In this document: in pieces, positions 1-9,804 of the stretch
Position numbering within the stretch: the stretch's first letter is position 1
How the letters are laid out: each line of letters opens with the position of its first letter
Virus record (IMG/VR): IMGVR_UViG_3300033148_008638
Span: 1 to 59,531 of that record
Length of the DNA stretch: 59,531 nt
Reading direction: 5' to 3' (one strand)
Source: a virus
Taxonomy: Duplodnaviria > Caudoviricetes
Made by a program: the position numbers and the translations under genes
The notes under the pieces: generated by a model
What the model was told of the DNA's origin: nothing
What the model saw: only the letters and a program-made list of their open reading frames with translations
The model's database searches: none

Positions 1-190
1 GTTCAAGTGAGTCCGCCAGCCTTTTTTTAATTTCTTTGGTGATTGTAATTAACTCTAACGTATCTGATTCTGTTTCTTTCTTTTGAGGACAAAACCAATA
101 TTCAAGGTCTGGGATCTCTTCCTGCATCTGCTTAAAAATTCTTTTTATTTCTTTAACATTCTCTTGTGTTAGGTTTCTTTGTTCTGCCAT
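1..190 (-). CDS. hypothetical protein, partial (runs off window start)
   Basis: Manual translation from ATG at 190: MAEQRNLTQENVKEIKRIFKQMQEEIPDLEYWFCP..., open to position 1. Confidence 0.5.
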   Translation of the reverse strand, partial: MAEQRNLTQENVKEIKRIFKQMQEEIPDLEYWFCPQKKETESDTLELITITKEIKKRLADSLE

Positions 191-201
191 TTCAGTTCCT
201 T

Positions 202-573
202 TCATGCTTTCTCAACATACCTTTCCCTTACAACAATGACATTGACTTTTGCCGAAAAAGTAGGGGGAAGACACTGCCTTCCTTTGGCTACGATATTCCT
301 GAATTGCACTTTTCTAACCATGTTGCCATTTGCATAGCACAAGGCATCTTTCTTTTTAATAAACAGATGAAAACCAGTCTTATAGAGCTTTCCACTGTAG
401 TATGTTAGGAGATAGTAGTCATTCGGGTCTGTCTGCCAAACTTCTTCTAAGACGGGTACTAGCGGGCCACGACCATGGTAGCATAGCTGAGCAAGATGTC
501 CATATTTTGTCAAAAATACTCCCCAGCCATAACTTTTGGTAACTCTAAAGTCTGCTAATTCGTCCAAGCACAT
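202..573 (-). CDS. hypothetical protein, tandem paralog of 545..976
   Basis: Shares MCL..L.DF.V.K.YGW..F, WQTDPN.Y, YKTGFH and RKV.F with the neighbouring ORF; start moved to the MCLDE ATG, which has an AGGAG RBS. Confidence 0.6.
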   Translation of the reverse strand: MCLDELADFRVTKSYGWGVFLTKYGHLAQLCYHGRGPLVPVLEEVWQTDPNDYYLLTYYSGKLYKTGFHLFIKKKDALCYANGNMVRKVQFRNIVAKGRQCLPPTFSAKVNVIVVRERYVEKA

Positions 574-976
574 CTTTCTCCTCCTCTGTATTCTCTGGTT
601 CTGCGAACCTTTTCTTTGCAACAACCACTTTTGCGGAACGTACTGGGTCAATAAAGAGAATATCTTCTTCACCTGTCGCTACTACGTCCTTAAACCACAC
701 TTTTCGGATGACCTCTTCGTTAGACTCTATCAGATAATCTAATGCATCTTCAAACTCCAGAAGGATATGAAAGCCTGTTTTATACTTACTGAATCCACAG
801 GCTGGACGGATACAATAATTGTTTGGGTCTGTTTGCCAAGCTCCTTCCATGACGATCGTTGGATGTCTCTGGAAGTGGTGGCGGTGAAGCTGAACAAGAC
901 CGGTCCTTCTTCTTTCAAATATTTGCCAACCGTAATTTTTATTTACTTTGAAATCTATTAATCGTTTTAAGCACAT
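545..976 (-). CDS. hypothetical protein, tandem paralog of 202..573
   Basis: Shared motifs as above. Confidence 0.6.
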   Translation of the reverse strand: MCLKRLIDFKVNKNYGWQIFERRRTGLVQLHRHHFQRHPTIVMEGAWQTDPNNYCIRPACGFSKYKTGFHILLEFEDALDYLIESNEEVIRKVWFKDVVATGEEDILFIDPVRSAKVVVAKKRFAEPENTEEEKDVLGRISRL

Positions 977-1144
977 TACTCTTCCCCTTAATATTACATA
1001 GATTCTCAGAGACCATGCTCAGTCCCCTATGCCCACCGTGTGGACATAGGGTTCTGTTCTTTAAACGCTTGCTTTTTCTGGGTTTCTTAAATAAACTGGC
1101 TCGCTTAATGCTTATGGGTTTCTTATTTTTCATGGCTCATATTT

Positions 1145-1172
1145 ACTATAATCACTAATTTTCATTTGTCAA
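1145..1172 (-). promoter_or_regulatory. conserved phage promoter TTGACA-16-TATAGT
   Basis: TTGACA AATGAAAATTAGTGAT TATAGT; one of four near-identical copies in the window. Confidence 0.65.
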
Positions 1173-3547
1173 GGGGTGAAACCAATTTTTTCCACATCTG
1201 CTAAATTTTTTCCCACAGTTACATCTGCTTTTAATAATACATCCCTCAACCCCTCAAACTGCTGATTCACATTTTCTAAAATGTACTTTAGAAGCTTGGC
1301 CACTTCATCTACTTCTTTGTCTGGTGTTTCAACAACGAGGGAATCATAGACCTGAAGAAGTAGCTTTGCTTCCAATCCCCTCTTTTCTATCTCCATATCT
1401 AATTCAATCATTGCCAACTGTAACAAATTCCATGCCAAGGACTGCACTAAGTGGTTTACCCCCTCACGGAGGGAAGCCCCATCCTCTTCGGAGTGACTTT
1501 TCCACCGTCTTCTAAAGCCAAAGAAATTATCAAGATAACCTTGTTCTACTAAAAGTTTCTTGGTTTTATCTATATTTCTTCTCAGAGCAGGAAAATTTTT
1601 GTAGTATCTATCAATAAAAGCTTGGGCCTCATCTTCAGATATATTTAGAATATAGGCTAACCCCTGGGCCTGCTGTTGGTAAATAACCGCAAATTGGATA
1701 CTTTTTCCTTTTACTCTGAGTTCAGTTATTTCCGTATCCTCAGCTTTATACCCATCATATATCTCTTGATAGTCTCTGTTAAAAGCTTGGGATGTAATAG
1801 CACAATGTATATCCTTACTAAAATCATTACTTATTTCAATCAACTTCGGTTCCCTATAGACTACCCCAGCTATCCTAACTTCTAGGTTTGCTTCATCTGC
1901 ACACACAAACTTACATCCCTCTCTTGCTATAAGACAGCGTTTTATATCTTTCTCTCTCGGTATATTTAATAAGTTTGGGTCTTTTGAGTTTGGCCTACCC
2001 GAATTAGTAGCGTGTAATGAATATGATGTATGAGCGACACCATCCTGCAATTTTGGTACAACACCAGACAGAAAATTGTCTCTTATGTTCTGAAAAGAAC
2101 GGTACTGCTCCATAATCTCACAGTAAGGATTTTTATATTCTTTAGCATATCTCTCCATCTCAACCTTACCAACACTGGGATTGCCCTTCTTGGTTTTTTT
2201 AATAATAGGCAATTTATAGTATTCTAGCAGCAGCCACTTTACCTGTGAATAAGATCTCGGATTAAATGCTAGTTTAAAATGTTGCTCTGTTTCTTTAATT
2301 CCAGGTAGACTTAATGCTTTTACCAAAGCTCTCTTAGCCTTCTTTGCATATATCTTATCCACTCCCATTAACTCATCTAAGTCATACTTGACGCCACGTA
2401 AAGACATTTTAGTGAGGACTTTGTTAGAAGGCATAAGTATATTATCAAAGAACCACGCTCTACCCTCTTTAACTAGTTGTCTATATTGTTTCCTCTTTAT
2501 CTTGAAGAGTACACCTATATCATCAGCTGCATATTGCAATAACTCATCCCAATCTTTTACCTTATGGGCTCCTCCCGCTTTATTAATTTTGTCGCTGTAC
2601 CCAAAGCTCTCTGGTACATATTTACTGGTGAGAAAATCTAAGTCATTATCTTTCATTCCAGTTAATAAATATTCAGCTAGACAAGTATCATGATGCCAAT
2701 GCTTTGGAAATATGTCCAATTTTACTGACAGAAACTTAGCATCAAAAGTAAAATCCTGACCTATTATTTTATTGGTGTTGAAAAGTAGAGCTAGTTTATC
2801 TTTTATTTTGTATAAGAGTCTACCGTCTATGATATATATTCTCTCACCATTTCCTATTTGCAATAATGTAATATCTTCTTTATATGGATTTAATCCTGTA
2901 GTCTCTACATCAAAATATGAATCTTTATTAACTAAATCATCAAATATTTCATCAAATTTGTCTTCAGTAGCGATATAAGTATATGGATAGTGTTTTATTT
3001 TAGTTGGTTTTTCGTCTAGTAAAGATGGTATCTTTTTGAAGTCATCAACAAGAATACCCCATTTAGTAGGATCATACATACAAGATGCTGGGTGATATAC
3101 AACATAAACCTTAGCTTGTACTTTATCAGACCATAATAGTTTTCCTCTATGTATATCAACCCCCTCTTTTCCAGTAAGCTGGTATAGAGCAGATGCCCCC
3201 ATTGCAACTATAAGCTTAGGTTTTATTTGTTGTATTTCACGCCAAGTGAAAACAAAACAACTGTCCATTTCTTTTTTGGTAGGTGTAGAGTTCCCTGCCT
3301 TATAGCACCTTAGAGCATTAGCAACAGCTATATTTGCTCTCTCTATCTTTGGGGCTTTTAATAACTCATTAAATTTATAGCCTGCTTTTCCAATAAAATG
3401 AGAAGGCTTTTTCTTAGAAGCCTCCGCTTCTTCTTTACCAGCCATCTCTCCTAAGAAATATATCTCTGCATTAGGGTTCCCAGAGAAAGGGACACAGTTT
3501 ATATTATATTCATTCTTATATGCATTACATCTAGTACATTTTGTCAT
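1169..3547 (-). CDS. polA: family A DNA polymerase with N-terminal family-4 uracil-DNA-glycosylase-like domain and 3'-5' exonuclease (SPO1-like architecture)
   Basis: UDG4 motifs CxxC, GEMAG, FIGKAG, YHPA; Exo I FDVETTG and Exo III YAADD; polymerase motifs SGRPNSKDPNLLNIP, A (DEANLEVR), B (RVKGKSIQFAVIY), C (QVYDSL). Confidence 0.93.
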   Translation of the reverse strand: MTKCTRCNAYKNEYNINCVPFSGNPNAEIYFLGEMAGKEEAEASKKKPSHFIGKAGYKFNELLKAPKIERANIAVANALRCYKAGNSTPTKKEMDSCFVFTWREIQQIKPKLIVAMGASALYQLTGKEGVDIHRGKLLWSDKVQAKVYVVYHPASCMYDPTKWGILVDDFKKIPSLLDEKPTKIKHYPYTYIATEDKFDEIFDDLVNKDSYFDVETTGLNPYKEDITLLQIGNGERIYIIDGRLLYKIKDKLALLFNTNKIIGQDFTFDAKFLSVKLDIFPKHWHHDTCLAEYLLTGMKDNDLDFLTSKYVPESFGYSDKINKAGGAHKVKDWDELLQYAADDIGVLFKIKRKQYRQLVKEGRAWFFDNILMPSNKVLTKMSLRGVKYDLDELMGVDKIYAKKAKRALVKALSLPGIKETEQHFKLAFNPRSYSQVKWLLLEYYKLPIIKKTKKGNPSVGKVEMERYAKEYKNPYCEIMEQYRSFQNIRDNFLSGVVPKLQDGVAHTSYSLHATNSGRPNSKDPNLLNIPREKDIKRCLIAREGCKFVCADEANLEVRIAGVVYREPKLIEISNDFSKDIHCAITSQAFNRDYQEIYDGYKAEDTEITELRVKGKSIQFAVIYQQQAQGLAYILNISEDEAQAFIDRYYKNFPALRRNIDKTKKLLVEQGYLDNFFGFRRRWKSHSEEDGASLREGVNHLVQSLAWNLLQLAMIELDMEIEKRGLEAKLLLQVYDSLVVETPDKEVDEVAKLLKYILENVNQQFEGLRDVLLKADVTVGKNLADVEKIGFTP

Positions 3548-3570
3548 TTGTTACCTTTGCTGAAACCCCC

Positions 3571-3798
3571 TTATTTTCTCTTCTTTGTTTTCTTGCTAAA
3601 AAGGGAACGTAAATAGAGTTTTGTTATCTCAAAATCCTCTTTCTCAGACTTGTGGAACTCCTTATCTGCTTTTATTAGATGGTTCATTCTTTTCTCCATA
3701 AAAGTCCTACAATGAGCACAGACAGAATGTTGATAATAATTCTGTGAGTTACTACTTTCCCCTTCTGGAATTTCTTCACCACATCTTAAACATTTCAT
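3571..3798 (-). CDS. small zinc-finger protein
   Basis: CLRC...CAHC. Confidence 0.5.
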   Translation of the reverse strand: MKCLRCGEEIPEGESSNSQNYYQHSVCAHCRTFMEKRMNHLIKADKEFHKSEKEDFEITKLYLRSLFSKKTKKRK

Positions 3799-3814
3799 AT
3801 ATCAGCTCCTTTCT

Positions 3815-4600
3815 TTAATTTGTTAGTCCTTTTATTCTTTTTACTGCTATTCTACAATACTTCTTACTAATCTCGCTGCCTATATAATTTCTATTATTTA
3901 ATATTGCCATTTTAGCTACTGTGCCACTCCCCATGAATGGATCATATATTAAATCCCCCCCATTGCTCCACGAAACAATATGATCACCAGCAAGCTTTTC
4001 TGGAAATATTGCTGGATGTTGATATGCTATTTTATCCCTAGTTGTAAAACCCATGCCAGTATTATATTTCCAAATATTATTTCTTACCCCATACTCTTTT
4101 ACTTTAGTTCTATCTCTAGCTATAAGATTACCCTGTTTATCTCTATTCGATGATTTACCCCATGAAGATTGTCCTGCATATTTATTTTTTTTATCCTTTA
4201 TTAAGTTTACTGTTTTTAATTTCCCTTTACTAAGAACAAACATGTATTCAAAAATTTGATGATACCTATTTACAGATGGATAAGAAAAACTATTTTTTTC
4301 ATAAATCATTGTATCATGTAAATTAAATCCAATTTCTTTAAAATATAATGCTTGTTTAAAACTCGTTCCTGTTTCACTTCCTTTTATTGTAGCATCACCA
4401 ACTACCCAGACAATTACACCCCCCTCTTTAGTTGTCCTATATAACTCTTCTGCAATACTCTCAAAATCAAACGAATATCCTCTATAACTTCTCAAATTAT
4501 CATATGGTGGAGAAGTTATAACTAAATCAACAAAACTATCAGGCATTCTTGCCATTGTATCTAAACAATTTTCATTATAAATTTTGTTAATTTCAATCAC
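3815..4600 (-). CDS. DNA N4-cytosine/N6-adenine methyltransferase (beta class)
   Basis: TSPPY catalytic motif, HPAIFP, DPFMGSGT SAM-binding motif. Confidence 0.93.
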   Translation of the reverse strand: MIEINKIYNENCLDTMARMPDSFVDLVITSPPYDNLRSYRGYSFDFESIAEELYRTTKEGGVIVWVVGDATIKGSETGTSFKQALYFKEIGFNLHDTMIYEKNSFSYPSVNRYHQIFEYMFVLSKGKLKTVNLIKDKKNKYAGQSSWGKSSNRDKQGNLIARDRTKVKEYGVRNNIWKYNTGMGFTTRDKIAYQHPAIFPEKLAGDHIVSWSNGGDLIYDPFMGSGTVAKMAILNNRNYIGSEISKKYCRIAVKRIKGLTN

Positions 4601-4617
4601 ACCTAAAATCTCCTCTC

Positions 4618-5580
4618 CTACTTACGTAAGCCCATTAAAAATATTGTCGAGACGGTATCCTTTAATACTAACATATCCTTTTTATTACCAGTAAAGATAT
4701 CAAACCTATCAGGAATACCCTTAAACAACAATGAGTCCATAGAAATTTCATAGTCTTCATCCAAATCTGTTTCTATTTCAATCTCTGCTTTCCCATTAAT
4801 CAAAGACTCTGCAACTATAAGTGCTTTCTTTTTCCTATTAGTTATAGTTATACCAGCTATTTGTTCCCCAAAGAATATAGGAGATAATCTTTGACAAGAT
4901 GATTGTATCTGCTGAACGCTACAAAGCTTTCTTAGATTTTTTGTACTATCACTAATAAGTGAATCTATATTTTCGGTTGGATATCTAGACATATTATCCA
5001 TAGTAAATATAGCATACCCTCCCTCAAACTCTACTACCACTTTATTATTGAATATACCCAAAGAATCTCCTACTTTCAAAAAGGAAAGTACCTTCCTATC
5101 TAGTCCTATGATCTCTTTTAGAGTTAAGGAAGAGTTTGTAGTATAAAATAGTCTTATACCATCAGTTGAATATATATTTGCACCTTCAATACATAAAGAC
5201 GAGTAGAGACCACCAACAAATTTACTAGCTAGTATTAAAATGTCATATATTTCTTTTGTGATAGGGACCATTCTTATATCAGGTTTGGGTATAATATTTA
5301 TATCATACTGCAGTATAGGTAAAGAAGTTCTCCATCTATCATCAGATAATAATAATGTATTATTCTTCTGTTTCATATTTATACTGTCAGAAGTTTTCAA
5401 AAAGTTCTCTAACACAAAGAAGTTTACAGAACCAGTAAACCCAACAGGTTTATCTACCGATATATAAACTTCGTCATTGCAAGCAATAAGCTTGTCGTCA
5501 ATAGAGTTTATATACTGAGCATATACTGGAAAAGAACTGTTAGAAATCCCAAATTTCAATCTGCTTAAATATTTTTTCAT
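4618..5580 (-). CDS. DNA polymerase sliding clamp (beta-subunit-like), divergent
   Basis: 320 aa; STDGIRL resembles the ATDGHRL clamp motif; replication-gene context. Confidence 0.5.
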   Translation of the reverse strand: MKKYLSRLKFGISNSSFPVYAQYINSIDDKLIACNDEVYISVDKPVGFTGSVNFFVLENFLKTSDSINMKQKNNTLLLSDDRWRTSLPILQYDINIIPKPDIRMVPITKEIYDILILASKFVGGLYSSLCIEGANIYSTDGIRLFYTTNSSLTLKEIIGLDRKVLSFLKVGDSLGIFNNKVVVEFEGGYAIFTMDNMSRYPTENIDSLISDSTKNLRKLCSVQQIQSSCQRLSPIFFGEQIAGITITNRKKKALIVAESLINGKAEIEIETDLDEDYEISMDSLLFKGIPDRFDIFTGNKKDMLVLKDTVSTIFLMGLRK

Positions 5581-5804
5581 TGTTTACCTCCTTCAATAGA
5601 AATTAGATCCTCCGGTGAAAATGTGAAAATTCTGAGAGGAACATGCATATCCCCTACATTTACCCATCCTTCTTCTGAGAAGGATAATATATAAGAAATG
5701 CCTAAAGGATGTTTTCTCAGGAAATCCTCCATAGAAAACACGTCTGGATAGGATTTCTTGGTAGCTAATACTAACATACCTACTTTACAATCTTCTAGAT
5801 TCAT
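5577..5804 (-). CDS. small paralogous protein (family with 18030..18254 and 17825..18043)
   Basis: LEDCKVGMLVLATKKSY...FTF.PEDLIS shared. Confidence 0.6.
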   Translation of the reverse strand: MNLEDCKVGMLVLATKKSYPDVFSMEDFLRKHPLGISYILSFSEEGWVNVGDMHVPLRIFTFSPEDLISIEGGKQ

Positions 5805-5832
5805 AACATAATCACTAATCTTTATTTGTCAA
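5805..5832 (-). promoter_or_regulatory. conserved phage promoter TTGACA-16-TATGTT
   Basis: TTGACA AATAAAGATTAGTGAT TATGTT. Confidence 0.55.
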
Positions 5833-6350
5833 GTTTTTTCTTGCTTTTTAGCTTTTTTTGACACACCGTCCTTAACTTTATTCCCCTTATAATCTAATTC
5901 ATTTCCATTTTTATCCCTTATAATAAAGTCAAACTCCAATGTAATAAATCGTAATAAAGCTTCACTCATATTATCAGCACTAACCCTTTTCTTTTTCTTA
6001 AACCTCTTATCCACCTCCTTTCTAATTAGGTCTTTAAGTTCCTCTATTGAAAGCCCTTCAGAATCAAGACCTAGTTCTTCACAAATTTGTATCAGTTCTG
6101 CACGTGCTGCCATAATAGCTCTCCTCTCCTTTCTCTGTTGTTTTAATTTTCTTATCTTCTCTTTCTTTTTTTGCTTATGAAAATCTATAAACTCCTGACA
6201 TTGGTGTTGGCAATACCAATAACAAATTGCAGTATCTACACACACCATATTACCTAAGTCTTTGCACACTACCTTTGTCTCTTGGCAATGGTCCGGTGCT
6301 TTCATATAAGCAGGGGGTAGCTTCTTATCTATTCTATTCTTTTCTATCAA
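5829..6350 (-). CDS. hypothetical protein
   Basis: ORF track; Cys-rich N-half; may be two genes, with an internal RBS and ATG at MAARAEL. Confidence 0.45.
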   Translation of the reverse strand: MIEKNRIDKKLPPAYMKAPDHCQETKVVCKDLGNMVCVDTAICYWYCQHQCQEFIDFHKQKKKEKIRKLKQQRKERRAIMAARAELIQICEELGLDSEGLSIEELKDLIRKEVDKRFKKKKRVSADNMSEALLRFITLEFDFIIRDKNGNELDYKGNKVKDGVSKKAKKQEKT

Positions 6351-8062
6351 CTGTTGCTAAGCTCCTTATACTCTATGAATTTTGATTTTGCTCCTTCCAT
6401 ATATAAATTACAACGTCCACCAGGAGCAAATCTAGATGCATCAACAATAATTTTAGTAACTGGATCAAAAGATCCCCTCTCATCAATTTTGGTTAGTCTC
6501 TTTCTCTGCATAAGAATGACCTCATCGCTATCAGCTGGGATAGCACTACTTCCTTTTAAATCATAGTATGTCATATCGTCTCCTCCTAGCTTACGTGGCT
6601 GAGATATGAGAATAAACATTATATTAAGCTCCATAGCTAAATCTTTAAACATCTTACTAGCATTTCCTATATCTGCTTCTTCCCCTGTTCTGACCATGAT
6701 CTGTAAATTATCAAACACCCCCAACTCTACCCCATACCTATTTCTTACTTCTTTCATTGTATTATAAAATACATCTGGTTTAATTTTAGGTTGATAACCA
6801 AAGTAGATAGGTAAATCACCTATCTCTGAAGCATATATCTGTGCATTTTCTGCTTTAACCTCTTCAATTCTGAGGTCTCTATCTAATTGTATTATCTTAG
6901 TAGCTAAAGATGTCTCAGGCATCTCAAGACAGAAAAATAAGGAAGGTATCTTATATTCTTTAGCAAAATGATAGCAAATTTGCATAGCAAAGCTTGTCTT
7001 TCCAGTTTTTGGGGGAGCCCCTAAAACAGTAAGTCTCTTCTTTGTTAGTCCACCACCAAGAAGTCTATTTACAGACTCCCAAGGTAAAGGATAAGTATCT
7101 AATGCATCTTTGTCTTTTGACTTTCTATAAAGTTCGTATAATGCTTCCGATAAAGAAGATATACCTTCTACTTTAAACCTCTGTGCTTCCTTCACAGCAT
7201 TATCAAATTTATCCTTTGTATATTTCTTAAAGAATGAATTTATATCTTCTTTTTCTGGAAGAGAAACATTCCAACATTTATTAATACCTAATCTCGTAGC
7301 CCATACATCTCGTGCTGCATTCTGCCCCGCAGAATCAGAGTCAAGAATTAGAAATAACTTCTCTTTTAATATAAGTTTATCATACCAGGTTGGTAGTAAA
7401 GTTCCTGCTCCTCCTGTAATACCAACAACATTTTCATACCCTTGTTGAATTAATGTAATAGCATCAATTTCACCCTCTGTAATATAAATTTCATCATAAT
7501 CTTTTATGATGTCTCCATTAAATAATATGGATTTACTACCTTCTTCTCGTATATACTTCTCAAGTTCTTTATTCTCATCTGGTGGTAATTTTCTAAACTT
7601 AAGTAGTTTAGGAATTTTATCTTCAAATGAAGGCAGTACCAGCCAATCTTGACCGTACCTGCGAGTAAATCCTAACTCAAATCTATTTATAGACTCCTCT
7701 GATATTCCTCTCTTTAATAGATATTTTATTGCTTTTTTATTCTTTAATAAATCATAATGATACCTCTCTAACTTACTAGAGAAATTAACTTCTTTTTGGT
7801 TCTTATTAGGTCTTGCTATACTAGTAGAAATAGGAGATATAGGTATTATATCCCCCCATACCTCTTTTAATCGAGAAATATGCCCCCCAGCTGTTACGGC
7901 AGAGGGGTTGTTGGCTTCACAATAAAAACAGTGGTATAGCCCAGACTCTAAATTGATATACAATTTTTCTTTGTTACAAGTTGGACATCGTATTACAATC
8001 TCTGAACCTTCCTGTTTAAAATTTATCCCTTTGGATCGAATATAACTAACTATATCATTCAT
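6347..8062 (-). CDS. bifunctional primase-helicase (T7 gp4/Twinkle-like)
   Basis: Zn finger CPTC..CFYC; TOPRIM TEGEIDA and DSD; SF4 Walker A GAPPKTGKT, FDNLQ, DLKGSSAI. Confidence 0.92.
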   Translation of the reverse strand: MNDIVSYIRSKGINFKQEGSEIVIRCPTCNKEKLYINLESGLYHCFYCEANNPSAVTAGGHISRLKEVWGDIIPISPISTSIARPNKNQKEVNFSSKLERYHYDLLKNKKAIKYLLKRGISEESINRFELGFTRRYGQDWLVLPSFEDKIPKLLKFRKLPPDENKELEKYIREEGSKSILFNGDIIKDYDEIYITEGEIDAITLIQQGYENVVGITGGAGTLLPTWYDKLILKEKLFLILDSDSAGQNAARDVWATRLGINKCWNVSLPEKEDINSFFKKYTKDKFDNAVKEAQRFKVEGISSLSEALYELYRKSKDKDALDTYPLPWESVNRLLGGGLTKKRLTVLGAPPKTGKTSFAMQICYHFAKEYKIPSLFFCLEMPETSLATKIIQLDRDLRIEEVKAENAQIYASEIGDLPIYFGYQPKIKPDVFYNTMKEVRNRYGVELGVFDNLQIMVRTGEEADIGNASKMFKDLAMELNIMFILISQPRKLGGDDMTYYDLKGSSAIPADSDEVILMQRKRLTKIDERGSFDPVTKIIVDASRFAPGGRCNLYMEGAKSKFIEYKELSNS

Positions 8063-9251
8063 TATTTATTTCCTTTATAAATTCTTGTACCTCTGGTTTT
8101 TTCCTCTCACTATCCCAAAGAGATAAATATTTACCTGCATCAATACCTTTAGGTAAATTATTCCTTTGATATTTCAGTGTAGCTAATAATTCCTCAAGCC
8201 ATACAAAATGTGATGATACTTTTAGTTCTGGATACTTAAAGTAACTATCATCAACATGTTCTTTAATACTATATATATCTTGTTTCACAAGCTCAAATGG
8301 AAAACCAAAATAGAGACCATCTCTATTTAGTAAATTATCCTTTGTTAGAGGTTTCCAATTATTAAGTGTTAATGTGTTGTTATACCCATTAGCAAACCTC
8401 ACAAAGGGTTGGGCTTCTGGGAGAAACTGCCAGAAACCTTTCTTTTCATCTATTCCCCGTTTACTAAGTCCTCTCTCTAAGAACTGTGTAAGGGTCCATT
8501 TATAGCTAAAATAATGAGCATTACTTTTTAATACCTGAGAGTAATTATGAATAGCTTTTATTAATTGTCTTACAGAAATAAAAGTCAAGGTCTTTTTTAT
8601 TTTATTTTCGATACTAGTATTTAATTTTTGATGTACTATTATTTCTTGTTTATTCCAGTAATTAAAAATTTCGACTACAATGTTTCTAGAAGTGTTTTTA
8701 ATATTGTCTTTAATATTGTCTTTAATATTGTCTTTAATATTGTCTTTAGGACTTGGCTGAGCTATACCAGTTGTAGTTTTCAGAGGATTTGAGTTATCAT
8801 TTTTTACTTTTGAGTTATCATTTTTTACTTTTGAGTTATCATTTTTTACTTTTGAGTTATCATTTTTTACTTTTGAGTTATCATTTTTGTTGAAATTTGA
8901 GTTATCATTTTTTACTTTTGAGTTATCATTTTTTATAGGGGATTTTATCAATTTCTCATACTCTTTCTGTATTTTGAAAAGTAGATTACCTTCACTATTT
9001 TTTTGAATAGTAATCATATTTCTATTGGATAATTTTTTTATATCTCTTGAAATATTTGATAATTTTTTTTCAGTTAACTCTTGTATCTCTTTTAAAGATA
9101 CTACTTTTTCTGTTTTATTCCAGCCATATGTTTTTCTAAGGATTGCCCACCAAATCTGCCCCATAGTTTTCGGTAACCCTTCTCTGCAGAAAGCTTCTAA
9201 TAATTCATCAGCTATTTTTGTGTAGCCATCTTCAACTTGTGGTGACGCCAT
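8055..9251 (-). CDS. replication initiator, lambda O-like N-terminal wHTH
   Basis: N-terminus GYTKIADELLEA...ILRKTYGWNK typical of Phage_rep_O; internal tandem repeats. Confidence 0.8.
   Translation of the reverse strand: MASPQVEDGYTKIADELLEAFCREGLPKTMGQIWWAILRKTYGWNKTEKVVSLKEIQELTEKKLSNISRDIKKLSNRNMITIQKNSEGNLLFKIQKEYEKLIKSPIKNDNSKVKNDNSNFNKNDNSKVKNDNSKVKNDNSKVKNDNSKVKNDNSNPLKTTTGIAQPSPKDNIKDNIKDNIKDNIKNTSRNIVVEIFNYWNKQEIIVHQKLNTSIENKIKKTLTFISVRQLIKAIHNYSQVLKSNAHYFSYKWTLTQFLERGLSKRGIDEKKGFWQFLPEAQPFVRFANGYNNTLTLNNWKPLTKDNLLNRDGLYFGFPFELVKQDIYSIKEHVDDSYFKYPELKVSSHFVWLEELLATLKYQRNNLPKGIDAGKYLSLWDSERKKPEVQEFIKEINNE
8697..8747. repeat. 12-bp tandem repeat x4 (encodes KDNI)
   Basis: (TTTAATATTGTC)n seen directly. 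Confidence 0.9.
8788..8934. repeat. 21-bp tandem repeat, 7 cores (iteron-like, putative origin inside initiator gene)
   Basis: (TTTGAGTTATCATTTTTTACT)n, one 24-bp variant unit; encodes KNDNS x7. Confidence 0.85.
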
Positions 9252-9267
9252 TGTCTCCTCTCCTAAC

Positions 9268-9504
9268 CTATTTTCGTTTCAGTTGATAGCCTTTGCTAAC
9301 CATGCATTGGTTTGTCAGGTCTATAGCCATAAAAGGGTTCATGGAGCAGTGAGCATTTGCCCACATTTTGCATTCCATTAGGTCTCTATTGAATTGTTCT
9401 TGAGTAAGCCCCTCTTTATACAGGTGGGTTGCACATCCTGTAAGCATGCCTAACAGCACAATAGTAATAAGTAGTAATTTTTTCATAATTTCCCTCCTTT
9501 CCAT
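9268..9504 (-). CDS. putative lipoprotein
   Basis: MKKLLLITIVLLGMLTGC lipobox. Confidence 0.6.
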   Translation of the reverse strand: MERREIMKKLLLITIVLLGMLTGCATHLYKEGLTQEQFNRDLMECKMWANAHCSMNPFMAIDLTNQCMVSKGYQLKRK

Positions 9505-9605
9505 ATTTATGCATAATCTATCTAGATCTAATTCTAGATCTTCTAATCTCTCTAGGTCTTCTTTTACTTTCTCTTTATATCCATCACTATAGCCCTCCGA
9601 TCTCC

Positions 9606-9785
9606 CTATTTCTTTTCAAACCAGCGACAATCATTATTTCTATTTAAAAGTTCAGGGGATACTCTCCTGCCCCTTTTTTTCTTCCATGTATCTACGAGGC
9701 TTTTTGGATGTGTACATTTTGCTGGTCGTCCAGAGTAAAGATCCTCATCTTTAAACCATTTGCAGTTTATACAAAAAACTTTCAT
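9606..9785 (-). CDS. small Cys-rich protein (59 aa, absent from ORF track)
   Basis: MKVFCINCKWF...KCTHP...NDCRWFEKK; GGAG RBS. Confidence 0.5.
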   Translation of the reverse strand: MKVFCINCKWFKDEDLYSGRPAKCTHPKSLVDTWKKKRGRRVSPELLNRNNDCRWFEKK

Positions 9786-9804
9786 TTCTTCTCCCTATCC
9801 TTTT

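Noticed and set aside
1-22. GTTCAAG...CCGCCAGC as a tRNA 3' end
   Set aside because: No matching T-stem; lies within a minus-strand ORF
8697-8934. Tandem repeats as a CRISPR array
   Set aside because: No unique spacers; contiguous in-frame repeats inside a gene
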